Positions 52,960 through 62,464 of a stretch of DNA of 64,000 nt are shown here, one piece after another (the first letter of the stretch is position 1; the number at the start of each line of letters is the position of its first letter). This DNA is from a bacterium. Lineage in GTDB: Bacteria; Krumholzibacteriota; Krumholzibacteriia; G020349025. Both the position numbers and the translations under genes were made by a program. The stretch spans positions 1 to 64,000 of the forward strand of contig JANLSU010000103.1 of the NCBI GenBank assembly GCA_031362565.1, read 5' to 3'. Under the pieces are notes generated by a model that saw nothing but the letters and a program-made list of their open reading frames with translations, was not told the origin of the DNA and ran no database searches.

Positions 52960-53077
52960 GGGGACCTCCGCTCGGGAAAAAACGTCATCGGGAAAGCGCG
53001 GACGGCGGCAAGCTCCGCGCAACCGCACGCGAACACGCCAGCATAGCACACAGGCCGCGATACGGCCGCGGTCGTGG

Positions 53078-54928
53078 TCATTTCTTCGGGGCGCCGAGCG
53101 TTGCCTGCAGATCCTTGAGAGCGCCGGCTCGCAACACCGTGATCTTGAGCGTTTCGCCCGGTTGGTGCGTCTTCAGCACATGCGTGTAGTCGTAGATGTT
53201 GCCGATCGTCATCGCGTCGATCTTGACGATGAGGTCGCCACCCTGCAAGCCGGCTTTGTCCGCCGGACCGCCGGCACGCACGCCGGAAAGCAACACGCCC
53301 TTCAGGTTCTCGTCTTGGCTGTAGTCGGGAATGGTGCCGAGGTAACTGCCGAAGGAACTGCCGCCGCCGTCGCCACTCGATGGCGCCGGTCCGGTCGCTG
53401 CCGCGAACGTCAGCGGCTTGTCCTGCACCGCACGAGCGACCTCGGTCACGAACGCCGCTACTTCCGAGAGGCCGTCGTAGTTCACCAGCGCCGCATCATC
53501 GGTCGGCTTGTGGTAGTCGGTGTGTGCGCCGGTGAAGAAGTGCAGCACCGGGACGTTTTTCTCGAAGAACGACATGTGGTCGGACGGCCCGTAACCGTCG
53601 CCTTTCATGGTCAATTGGAACTTAGGTCCGGCGGTGTTGGCGGCGTCCACCAGGGCGTTGAACTCCTTCGCCGTGTCCGTGCCGTACACCATGAGCTTGC
53701 GATCGCGCAGCCGTCCCACCATGTCCATATTGAGCATCGCGGTCGTGAACTCGAGCGGCACGCTTGGCTGCTTGACGTAATGCCCCGAGCCCACGAGCCC
53801 GAGTTCTTCACCGGAAAATGCCGCGAACAGGATCGACTGCGCCGGCTTGGGTCCGGCCGCGAAATCGCGCGCGATGGCCAGGAGTGCCGCGGTGCCGGAC
53901 GCGTTGTCATCCGCACCGTTGTGGATCTCATGCGCATCCGGCGCCAGCGAGTTCTCGCCGCCCATCCCGAGATGGTCGTAGTGCGCGCCGATGACCAGCA
54001 CATGATGCGGGTCGAGCCCTGGCAACAGCGCCAGCACATTGCGCAATCGGGTGCGTTGCTTCGCGAGTCCCACGGCCCAGTCGGCATCGCCGACCACGAT
54101 GGCTTCACCGAGCGGCTTGCCGCCTTGGTCGATGCGCTTCTGCAAGGCGGCGATGTCGATTCCTGGGGCGGCCTTCGCGAGCGCGTCGCGCCCGATCTGG
54201 CCGCAGGGGATGCCGGTGGAGTAGTAGCCGGTGTCGGCGCGTAGTTTGCCGAGCCGGTCGGGTTCGCCGCTCGCGGGCCCGGTCACAACCAGCATGCCGA
54301 CGGCGCCCGCTTCGCGCGCCTCGATGGCCTTGCGACGCAAGTCGGCGGCGGGCACGAGTTGGGCTTGCAATGCATTCGCCGAATCGGCGTGACCAGGCTC
54401 GAAGCGCAGCACGAGGACGATCTTGCCTTTGACGTCGAGCCCCGCGTAATCGTCGTAGTGCGTCTTGGGAGCGCGAATGCCATAGCCGGCAAACACCACC
54501 GGCGCCTCGACCGCGCTGCTTTCCGCGAATCCGTACGCCATCCAGTCGCGATTGAGCTCGAGATCGTGGCCGGCGATGCGGAGCGCGTTGCGGCCCTCGG
54601 GCCGCACGCCGATCGTCACCTCGAAGCCCTGGAAATAAGTGTCGCCGTCGCCTGCAGGTTCGAGTCCGGCGGCTTTGAAGCGCGCCGCGATGTATTCCGC
54701 TGCCGCATCCAAACCCGGCGTGCCGGGGCCACGTCCTTGCAGCCGGTCGGCGGCGAGATACCCCACCATGGCGCGCAGTGAGTCGGGCGCAAAGGCGTTC
54801 GGTACGGCGATCGTCGCACCGGCCATGGACCCGAACCCCCAAACCCCGGCGCCAAAGAGTGCGCCGGCAAGGACGGCGGCAGCATGTCGCGGGGCCACGA
54901 AATCACGGCGCCTGGGGACGGCTTGCAT
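53078..54928 (-). CDS. M28 family peptidase with PA and C-terminal PDZ domains
   Basis: [47 protein letters not shown] motif [19 protein letters not shown]. Confidence 0.93.
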   Translation of the reverse strand: MQAVPRRRDFVAPRHAAAVLAGALFGAGVWGFGSMAGATIAVPNAFAPDSLRAMVGYLAADRLQGRGPGTPGLDAAAEYIAARFKAAGLEPAGDGDTYFQGFEVTIGVRPEGRNALRIAGHDLELNRDWMAYGFAESSAVEAPVVFAGYGIRAPKTHYDDYAGLDVKGKIVLVLRFEPGHADSANALQAQLVPAADLRRKAIEAREAGAVGMLVVTGPASGEPDRLGKLRADTGYYSTGIPCGQIGRDALAKAAPGIDIAALQKRIDQGGKPLGEAIVVGDADWAVGLAKQRTRLRNVLALLPGLDPHHVLVIGAHYDHLGMGGENSLAPDAHEIHNGADDNASGTAALLAIARDFAAGPKPAQSILFAAFSGEELGLVGSGHYVKQPSVPLEFTTAMLNMDMVGRLRDRKLMVYGTDTAKEFNALVDAANTAGPKFQLTMKGDGYGPSDHMSFFEKNVPVLHFFTGAHTDYHKPTDDAALVNYDGLSEVAAFVTEVARAVQDKPLTFAAATGPAPSSGDGGGSSFGSYLGTIPDYSQDENLKGVLLSGVRAGGPADKAGLQGGDLIVKIDAMTIGNIYDYTHVLKTHQPGETLKITVLRAGALKDLQATLGAPKK

Positions 54929-55010
54929 CGTTTCTCCTTTGGGGACCGGCACGGCGGAAAAGAGCGCGCCAGTATAACACTGGGTGGCGCGTCCCGCGTA
55001 CAATGCGCCG

Positions 55011-57014
55011 ATGGCCGAACGTCCCACATTCGATCCCGTGACGCGCGCCGCACATCGCGACCAACTGCGCGGCGCGCGCCAGCAAGAGGCGGCGGCTGCC
55101 GCCGTGCGTGAACGCCGTGGCCGGCGGCTGTCGAGCGGCATCGGGCTCGTGCGCTTCGCAGTGTTCGTGGTGTTCGTGATTCTCGCGGTGCGTGTCGTCG
55201 GGCACAGTACGATGTCGTCGGCGTGGCCGGCGGCGGCTGGTTTGGTTTTCGCTGCCGTCGTCGCGGTGCATGCACGCGTCCGTAGCGCAGCCGATCATGC
55301 GGCCCGCGAGCGCCAACTCAGTGCGGAGAGCGCGGCGCGCCTCGGCGGTGCGTTTGGCCCTGGCGCCGGGGCGAGCAGCAGTGGGCAGCTCCCCGCCCAT
55401 CCGGCGTCGGATCTCGATGCCGGCGAAGCGGTGTTTCGCGCCACGGATGCCGGCGAGGCGCTCGACCCGGAAGCGCTCGCCGACTTGGGCGTCGACGGTG
55501 CGGCGCCGTCGCTCTACCGCCGGCTCGACAGCACCCAAACTCTGTTGGGCGCGCGGCGCTTGCGGCGCATGTTGCACACGCCACTGCTCGACGCTGCCGC
55601 GATTCGTGCCCGCCAAGACGCCGTGCGGGAACTTGCGGCCGAGCGCATCATGCGCGACCAGTTGCTCGAAGCCTTTGCCGTGGCGCGCGGCGCGCCCATG
55701 ACGCGCGCGCCGCTATTTCTCGCCGCACCGCGTCGCCTGTTCGGCACTTCGACCCCGGTTGTCATGGGTGCCGCAGCGTTGGCCGTGATCGCCGGTGCGG
55801 CGGCGGTGGCGTTTTGGGCCCAGTACCATCTGGCGCCGATCGTGTTCCGTACCGGCAGCGTCCTAGCCGGCGTCGGACTTCTGTTATCGATCGCCGTGCA
55901 CGCGCGGTTGCAGGGGGCGACCGCGGGGCTCCGCGATTCGTACCTGGAGCTCGAGCCCATCGTCCGGCTCGCCGCCGATGTCGCGCGCGTGCTGCTGGCG
56001 CATTCGCCCCAAAGCAGCCGCCTCGTCGAACTGCGCGCCGAATTCACCGCCCTCGTCGCCGGACGCGGTGCGGCGCGTCTCACTTCCGTGCGCCGGGCGC
56101 TGCGTCTCTTGCACGTGCACGAGTTTGGTGCCGCGTATCCGGTCGTTGAACTCTGCACTGGTTCCGAGGTGCAGGCACTCTTCGCCCTCGAAGGCAGCAT
56201 GAAGCCGCCGCACGCCAACTGGGAACGCGTCGCCGGCGCGCTCGGTGAGTTGGAAGCACTGGCGGCGCTGGCGGTCGACGCCGACGAGTGTGGTCCGTGG
56301 CCGTATGCGGAGTTTGTCGATGGCGCGCCCGAACTCGAGATCGAAGCCGGCGCCCATCCGCTGCTCGATGCGCTGCATGTCGTGCCGAACGACTGCCGGC
56401 TGGCAGGAGCGACACGCTTGGCGCTCGTGACCGGCAGCAACATGGCGGGTAAGTCGACGTTCTTGCGCATGGTGGCGTTGAATGTCGTGCTGGCGCAGGC
56501 TGGAGGCGTGGTGCGCGCCCAACGCGTGCGGCTCACACCATTGCGTTTGCGGGCGCTCATCCATGTGCGCGATTCGCTGGCCGACGGCAAGAGTTACTTC
56601 AAGGTCGAGGTCGAACGCGTCCGCGAGGTGATCGAAACCGTTGGGCGGGAAGCACATGTGCTGGCGGTGTTCGACGAGTTGTTTCGCGGCACCAACTCGA
56701 TCGAACGCATCGCGGCCGGCCGCGCGATCGCGCGCCACTTGGCGGCGTCCGGCGGACTCTTCCTGCTCGCGACCCACGACCATGAACTGGCGCGGTTGGC
56801 CGAACAGGCCGCCGACGGTGTCGTGGCATGGCACTTTGGCGACGAGGTCGTCGACGGCGCGTTGCACTTTTCATACGCGCTCGAGCCGGGTGTGAGCCGG
56901 GCCCACAACGCGATTCGCTTGCTGGAAGAGGCGGGCTACCCGACAGCGATCGTCACTGAGGCGCGCGCCGAGGCGGCGCAGCGGACCGCCGGTTTGCCGT
57001 TGGATGAGGGCTAG
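55011..57014 (+). CDS. Membrane-associated MutS-related ATPase (MutS domain V with TM helices)
   Basis: TM pairs, RQDAVREL, HPLL, TGSNMAGKSTFLR, DSLADGKSYF, DELFRGTNS, ATHD. No mismatch-recognition domain. Confidence 0.88.
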   Translation: MAERPTFDPVTRAAHRDQLRGARQQEAAAAAVRERRGRRLSSGIGLVRFAVFVVFVILAVRVVGHSTMSSAWPAAAGLVFAAVVAVHARVRSAADHAARERQLSAESAARLGGAFGPGAGASSSGQLPAHPASDLDAGEAVFRATDAGEALDPEALADLGVDGAAPSLYRRLDSTQTLLGARRLRRMLHTPLLDAAAIRARQDAVRELAAERIMRDQLLEAFAVARGAPMTRAPLFLAAPRRLFGTSTPVVMGAAALAVIAGAAAVAFWAQYHLAPIVFRTGSVLAGVGLLLSIAVHARLQGATAGLRDSYLELEPIVRLAADVARVLLAHSPQSSRLVELRAEFTALVAGRGAARLTSVRRALRLLHVHEFGAAYPVVELCTGSEVQALFALEGSMKPPHANWERVAGALGELEALAALAVDADECGPWPYAEFVDGAPELEIEAGAHPLLDALHVVPNDCRLAGATRLALVTGSNMAGKSTFLRMVALNVVLAQAGGVVRAQRVRLTPLRLRALIHVRDSLADGKSYFKVEVERVREVIETVGREAHVLAVFDELFRGTNSIERIAAGRAIARHLAASGGLFLLATHDHELARLAEQAADGVVAWHFGDEVVDGALHFSYALEPGVSRAHNAIRLLEEAGYPTAIVTEARAEAAQRTAGLPLDEG

Positions 57015-57135
57015 GAAGTAGGTCGACCCGGGTCGCAGGAACACCGACTAAGTTGAAGCCGGACCCGCGACCCGGGATCTACCTGCAAAATGTACCCGCG
57101 AGCGGCACTGAAAGTGCCCGGCCTTGAGCCAAATC

Positions 57136-59463
57136 TCAGTGCAGAACGACGATTCCGGCCGTCCCGTGCGCCCCGCGCCACGCGGCGCGCGCCGCCCAGT
57201 CCAATGCACCCAACCGCCGCCAGGTGTCGATGCCGGGTGTGGTGGCCAGAGCTCGGAAACGCGCCTCGGCGGCGGCGGAATTCCCGGCCGCAAAATCCGC
57301 CCGCGCCCGCAGTTCCTCGGCGGTGCGCCGCGCCAACGGGCCGAGCGTGGCGCTCGCGAGCGCCGCGTCCAATTCCACCGCCGCGGCTTCCGGCTGGCCC
57401 GCGAAATAGAGCCGCCTGCCGAAGAGATACCGAGGGAGTGCATCCGCCGGCACCGCGAGCCGCGCCCGGACCAAGAGTCCCAGTGCCGCGGCGTCGGTGG
57501 GGGTGACATCGGTGAGGTAGTCGCGCAGGAGCGTTGCGACGCCAGTGTCGCCGAGCGCGGCGCGCAACACTTCGTAGGCGCGTGCATCGTCGGACGAGGT
57601 ACTCGCGGTCAAGCCTTGCAAATAGAAACTGTCGGCGGCCGCGACGCGGCCCAAGTGCCACGCCGCGTCGCCGGAGAGTCGCAGCGCGCGGTCGCGCACG
57701 CTCGGTCCCGCATGCGCGTCGGTCAAAGCGCTGCCGGCGAGTTCGAGCGCGCCGCGCGCGTCGCCGCCCGCCAGTTTGGCGCGCCCCCAGTCGACGAGCC
57801 GCGCCGGATCGTCGGGGTCGATCGCCAGCAAACGCGACAGCGTCGATTCGGCGCGCGTGCCGTCGCCGACGGCGCGTGCCGCCGTGGCTTGCGATTCGAG
57901 TTGAGCCGTTTCGTGGGCGCACGGCGCCGCGAAGATCGACCGCGATCCGAACAACCGGTCGGCGCGCCGCAGTTGCGGGGCCGTGGGTGGGGTGCGATGG
58001 ATGATGGCGCGCCACTCGCCGGTCAGCGCCGACAAATGCTTGCCATACGCCGCCTCGAAGTCGCCGCGGCGCCAGAGCGCGTTGAAACGCGCCATGCCAT
58101 ATGTGTCGACGAGATAGCGCACGAATGAACCCGCTGCCGTGTAGGCACGCGAACCGGAAAGCGTCCAAAAGCCCCAGGCGGAGAGCGCCCGTTCGATGTC
58201 GGGCAAGAGATGCAGCGAATCCATCGCCGCGCAGGCCTCGTGCGGCGTCATCTCGAGGCGGGCGCTTTCGTCGGCCCATTCGGCGGCGACAGCGATGCCT
58301 TCGTGAATGCCGATCTTCCAGCACACCGGCACCCAAGGATCGATTTGCGCCGCGAAGATGTGCGCCATCTCGTGGGTCAGCACCGGATGCGGGTCGTCGT
58401 TGGCGGAGTTGATGTGGAACTCGTCGGCGACGGCATCTTCGAAGCTCGTGCCGCCGGCCCCCATGAGGCGTTTCTTTTGTTCGGCGGATGCGTACACGTA
58501 GCTGCCGATGCGCCGTCCCGGGGAGCGCCCGAAAAACGCGCTCAATTGCGCATAGCGAGTCTCGTGCTCGACGGCGAGTGCCCGGGCGCGGGCTTCGGTC
58601 AGCGCACTGCGCGCGAAGTACAAGTGCACATGCGGCGTCTCGATCTCGCCACCGAGAGTGCGTTGAATGAAGGCGCGGTCGATGCGCAGTCCGAGCGGTG
58701 CGCTGAACAGCGTCGTGAGACCGAGTCCTGCGAGCACCGTGCCGAGGAGCGCCGCCACGACCGCGCGCTCGCTCTGCCAGGCGCGAACCACGTACGAGAG
58801 CCGGCCACGCCGCCCATCCCAGGCCAGCCATCCTACGAGCAGTGCCGCGATCGCTTGCGCGACGACGATCGCCCGCGCCAGCACCAGCGTTGCGGACAGG
58901 GGAATCTCGGTGTCATAGAGCGGTCCGGCGAAGAAACCGATGAAGGCGTTGTAGGCGAACTTCTGCGGCTCGGCGAGCACGAAGATGAGCGTTGAAACGT
59001 ACGTCGCCACGCTCCACAGGATGAATGTGGCGCGCGGCCGCCGGGCGCCCAACCCGAAGGTGAATCCGAAGGCGCTGCCATAGAGCACCGCGGGCAGAAC
59101 GAGTACGGCGTAAAAGCCGAGGCCCTCCACCGCGTTGCAGGCCGGCACCCAGAAGGAGCGCAGGCCCATGAGCAAGAGCGGGGTGACTGCGAGGGTCAGG
59201 TTCTCGAAGCCGGTGCGCGCCCAGACCGTGCCTGGAAAAGGCGCCGCTTCGGCATCCGGGTGGCGCCTCGCCGCACGTGCCACCCCCGCCGCGCGCCAGC
59301 CCGAGACGTAGGCGAGGACGCAGCCGAGGACGACCGCAAATTCGAAGCCCAAGGTGTTGTAGAGCGGCACCGCCCACAGAACCAGGGTCGCCACGGCCAC
59401 CACGCCGTGGGCGCGCCAGATCGCTGCAACGCGCGGAACTCCAAACGCCACCGGCGGTTTCAT
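57136..59463 (-). CDS. Membrane protein with gluzincin (peptidase MA-like) domain and C-terminal TPRs
   Basis: About 7 TM helices, VLTHEMAH...IHEGIAVA, AYTAAGSFVRYLVDTYG, helical repeats at the C-terminus. Confidence 0.75.
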   Translation of the reverse strand: MKPPVAFGVPRVAAIWRAHGVVAVATLVLWAVPLYNTLGFEFAVVLGCVLAYVSGWRAAGVARAARRHPDAEAAPFPGTVWARTGFENLTLAVTPLLLMGLRSFWVPACNAVEGLGFYAVLVLPAVLYGSAFGFTFGLGARRPRATFILWSVATYVSTLIFVLAEPQKFAYNAFIGFFAGPLYDTEIPLSATLVLARAIVVAQAIAALLVGWLAWDGRRGRLSYVVRAWQSERAVVAALLGTVLAGLGLTTLFSAPLGLRIDRAFIQRTLGGEIETPHVHLYFARSALTEARARALAVEHETRYAQLSAFFGRSPGRRIGSYVYASAEQKKRLMGAGGTSFEDAVADEFHINSANDDPHPVLTHEMAHIFAAQIDPWVPVCWKIGIHEGIAVAAEWADESARLEMTPHEACAAMDSLHLLPDIERALSAWGFWTLSGSRAYTAAGSFVRYLVDTYGMARFNALWRRGDFEAAYGKHLSALTGEWRAIIHRTPPTAPQLRRADRLFGSRSIFAAPCAHETAQLESQATAARAVGDGTRAESTLSRLLAIDPDDPARLVDWGRAKLAGGDARGALELAGSALTDAHAGPSVRDRALRLSGDAAWHLGRVAAADSFYLQGLTASTSSDDARAYEVLRAALGDTGVATLLRDYLTDVTPTDAAALGLLVRARLAVPADALPRYLFGRRLYFAGQPEAAAVELDAALASATLGPLARRTAEELRARADFAAGNSAAAEARFRALATTPGIDTWRRLGALDWAARAAWRGAHGTAGIVVLH

Positions 59464-59515
59464 AGGGCCATGCTAGACTGAGGCCCACCCCGGAAGGAAG
59501 CAAGAGGAGGAAACG

Positions 59516-59881
59516 ATGCGATTTGGAACGAGAGCGCTCGTTGTGACCGCAGCCGTGGTCCTGGGGGCTGGGTTCGGGCTCGGACGGGCTTCGGCGCGGG
59601 TTCGCGGCGACACCGTGACCGGCGTCTTTGGAGTCGGCGGCGTGATCGTGCAACACGGTACTGACGCAGTCCTCTGGCAGTATCTGCCGGACGACAAGAA
59701 ATGGCAGACGATCGACGCAGCCTTCAAGCGCGACGGACGCGAGACGCACGTGCTGCCACTGCCCGTTCCGGCCGCCAAGATCCGCGCGATGGAGAGTTGG
59801 GGATTCCTGGTCACGACCGATGGCCAGATCTGGCACTACGACATCGACGACAACAAATGGCACGATATCGGAATGCCTTGA
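59516..59881 (+). CDS. Small secreted hypothetical protein with two WxYxxDDxKW repeats
   Basis: GAGGAGG RBS, signal peptide, LWQYLPDDKKW and IWHYDIDDNKW. Confidence 0.7.
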   Translation: MRFGTRALVVTAAVVLGAGFGLGRASARVRGDTVTGVFGVGGVIVQHGTDAVLWQYLPDDKKWQTIDAAFKRDGRETHVLPLPVPAAKIRAMESWGFLVTTDGQIWHYDIDDNKWHDIGMP

Positions 59882-60055
59882 GGCCTATTGGGGCTTTGGT
59901 TGGCCCCGCGGCGCCCGCGCGCCGGAGCGCCTCCAGCCGCGGGCATCGCAACCCGGGACTTTCAGCGCCGGGGAGCGTATCTTTAGATAGAGCGCGGTGA
60001 GCAGAGCCCCATTCCCCTGTGGGCTGAGTTCCCTAAAGGGAGAGGGTTGGTTGTC

Positions 60056-61120
60056 ATGAAATGCCGCAGTTTCGTCTTCGCTTGCGCCCTCGTCGCGACG
60101 ATGGTTGCGCCGGTCTTCGCGGATCGTGCCGCCAACGGCGATGACGAGATTGGCGCTGTCCTACGCCTCGTCGCGGCCGGTGTTTCCGATGAAGTCATCG
60201 TGAAGCACATTCGTGCCGCCGGTTACGTCTTCGATCTCACGACCGACGACATCGTCGATTTGCGCCACCAGGGTGTGAGCGACACGCTGCTCGCGGCGAT
60301 GATCGACACATCGATCGACAACGGCGATGCGCCGCGGTCGACTCCGAACCGTGAGAGTGACGTCGATGACGATTCGGGTGACACGACGACACAGGTGACG
60401 CTGAGTGCCGGGTGGTTCTCGCCTTGGTACCAGTATCCGTACGCTTGGGGCTCGTACTACGATCCGTTCCCGACGTGCTACTCGTACTACTACTATCCAT
60501 TCCGCTTCTGCCATTCGTGGGGTTACTACGGCTCCAACCGTGGTTACTACTACTGCGATACATGGGCAGGATATCGCTGGTGGGACAACGTCGGCTGGTA
60601 CAACCAGTGCGCGTCGCGGCCGGGCTGCCGCATCCCGATTCATCGCACCGACGGTTTGTCGTGGCAAGCGGGCCGGGCGTTGCCGGCGAACCATGGCGTC
60701 GGCAGGGTGCGCACGCGCAACGCCAGCGAGATCGCCCGTCCGCGGCGTGAACATTGGAGTTCAGCGTCGCGTCTCGACAATCGTTTCGATCGCACCCGCA
60801 CGCGGGTGAGCGCGCCCGTCAACTCCAGCGAACCGGCGCATGCACCGCGCGGCCGCGGCTCGGAATCGGTACAAGCGCCACGCAGCCGTGCATCCGAACC
60901 GACGCGGGCACCGCGCGAGTACTCGCCGCCGGCGGCGGCGCCACGCGAGTTCTCACCGCCGGCCGCGGCGCCACGTGGGCACGAATCGGCACCCGCGCCG
61001 TCGCCGCGTGGATCCATGTCGCCACCGCCATCCAGCGCACCGCCTGCAGCTGCACGTGGTGCCGGCGTTTCAATGCCGGCGCGTGGCGAAAGCGGCGGAC
61101 GGTCACGAGTGCGTCCGTAA
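60056..61120 (+). CDS. Secreted hypothetical protein: helical N-domain, Tyr/Trp-rich segment, disordered Pro/Arg/Ser tail
   Basis: Signal peptide, GVSD repeat (AGVSDEVIV / QGVSDTLL), YYYYP-rich block; followed by a terminator. Confidence 0.75.
   Translation: MKCRSFVFACALVATMVAPVFADRAANGDDEIGAVLRLVAAGVSDEVIVKHIRAAGYVFDLTTDDIVDLRHQGVSDTLLAAMIDTSIDNGDAPRSTPNRESDVDDDSGDTTTQVTLSAGWFSPWYQYPYAWGSYYDPFPTCYSYYYYPFRFCHSWGYYGSNRGYYYCDTWAGYRWWDNVGWYNQCASRPGCRIPIHRTDGLSWQAGRALPANHGVGRVRTRNASEIARPRREHWSSASRLDNRFDRTRTRVSAPVNSSEPAHAPRGRGSESVQAPRSRASEPTRAPREYSPPAAAPREFSPPAAAPRGHESAPAPSPRGSMSPPPSSAPPAAARGAGVSMPARGESGGRSRVRP
60911..60976 (+). repeat. 30-nt coding tandem repeat (PRE[Y/F]SPPAAA x2)
   Basis: ccgcgcgagtactcgccgccggcggcggcg followed by ccacgcgagttctcaccgccggccgcggcg. 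Confidence 0.8.
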
Positions 61121-61164
61121 AGCAACGCGAGCGCGGCAAGCTCCCGAGCGCGACTCAAGACAAG

Positions 61165-61200
61165 AACCGGCCGCGAACCTCTCGCGGCCGGTTTCTCTTT
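61165..61200 (+). terminator. Intrinsic terminator
   Basis: 12 bp perfect stem AACCGGCCGCGA/TCGCGGCCGGTT, 5 nt loop, followed by TCTCTTT. Confidence 0.8.
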
Positions 61201-61678
61201 GTTGAGCCTCCCCCGAGAGCACGGCGGCGCGGAAGGCGGGCGCGAGGCGCATCGCGCCGCGGAATCAAATTTGGCGCCTGATCCAAGTCGTTGACCGGTA
61301 TGGCGCGGGTGCGGTATCGCTCCCCGGCGCGGTTCATCGCCCCCTGAATGAAGGGGGGCACGGGGTCCGCAGGGGTGAGGGGTCGAGGGGCAAGGGGCGC
61401 GGGCGGATCGTCGCGGCGTTTCCCACAGTAGGATTCGACACGCGGCATGGCCGGGCATCGCGAGATGCTCTCGGTTGTGCATCGGGGTCGTCGCCTTGGG
61501 TCAGTCTGGCCGAGATATTGCCCCCGGTAGTCTCCGGGGGCAGGCTCGCGCCGCTCGTGACCGGCCTCCAATCCTGTAACTCCTTGTGTGTATGAGCATT
61601 GGCCCGATCGGCCCGAATCTCCCTGGGGGGCGTTCGGCGGGCACGGTGCAAGCGCGGGATTGCAGAGGGGGAAACCAC

Positions 61679-62422
61679 GTGCGGCGAGAGAAGCTCTTTG
61701 GCTTCATTGGCTTGGGGCTCTTCTTCCTTTTTCCACTCATCAGCGTCTTGCAGGTGAGCGACGTCGACGGGGCGTGGCGCCAGGTCGTTGCCAACACGCA
61801 GCCGAGCGTGGTGCGCATTACGAGCCTCGACGACGGCGTGGCTGCGGTCTCGGGCGTGGTTGTCGAACGCACCCCGCTCCGCGTCGCGATTGCCGGGCGC
61901 TCGGAGAGCGCCGTGCTGCGAACGGCCTCGGGCGACGGTTGGCTCGAATGGCAGCCGGTTTACGCCGATCCGCATGGCGATTTCACGATTCTCGAAGCCC
62001 GCACGGCGACTGCCGCGGCGGCGAGCGTCCCGGCTCCGACCGCGGTCGACCCAGCGGTCATCGGTGACATGACTGCGGCCCCGGAAGACGACCGGGGCGT
62101 GGTGGCAGTCCTCGTCGCACCCTCGGCGCGCCCCGAACTGCCGATGTGGGTGGGCAAGCTGACGGCGCAACGTGGCGCCGACGGCCGCCCGTCCTACCAA
62201 GGGGATGGCCTGCGGCCGTTGCGCGCCGATGTCGTCGGCACGGCGGAAGCCGAAGCCGCGGCGCCGCCCGTCGATCCGGCGCTGTGTGGCGCGCCGTTCG
62301 TGACCCGCGACGGGGTGGTGCTGGCGCTCTATGCCGGCCGTACCGCCGACGGCATTCGGGCGGTCCCCATGGCACTCGTCCGCGACGCGATGGCAGTACT
62401 CGATCGTCACGCTCGGCACTGA
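61679..62422 (+). CDS. Membrane-anchored degenerate trypsin-like (HtrA/S1C-like) protein
   Basis: N-terminal TM, PSVVRI...SGVVV, ADPHGDFTIL, VDPALCGAPFVTRDGVVLAL, AVPM follow the S1C pattern without the catalytic His/Ser. GAGGGGG RBS. Confidence 0.55.
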   Translation: MRREKLFGFIGLGLFFLFPLISVLQVSDVDGAWRQVVANTQPSVVRITSLDDGVAAVSGVVVERTPLRVAIAGRSESAVLRTASGDGWLEWQPVYADPHGDFTILEARTATAAAASVPAPTAVDPAVIGDMTAAPEDDRGVVAVLVAPSARPELPMWVGKLTAQRGADGRPSYQGDGLRPLRADVVGTAEAEAAAPPVDPALCGAPFVTRDGVVLALYAGRTADGIRAVPMALVRDAMAVLDRHARH

Positions 62423-62464
62423 ACGCGCCGCCGGCGCGACTCGATCCGGCATAGAATCCGGCCC

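Noticed and set aside
55011..57014. Canonical mismatch-repair mutS or a defence ATPase
   Set aside because: It lacks the N-terminal mismatch-binding and Smr domains and matches the known TM-containing MutS-related subfamily.
57018..57082. Integron attC site or tRNA
   Set aside because: No RYYYAAC/GTTRRRY ends, no integrase, no cloverleaf or T-loop.
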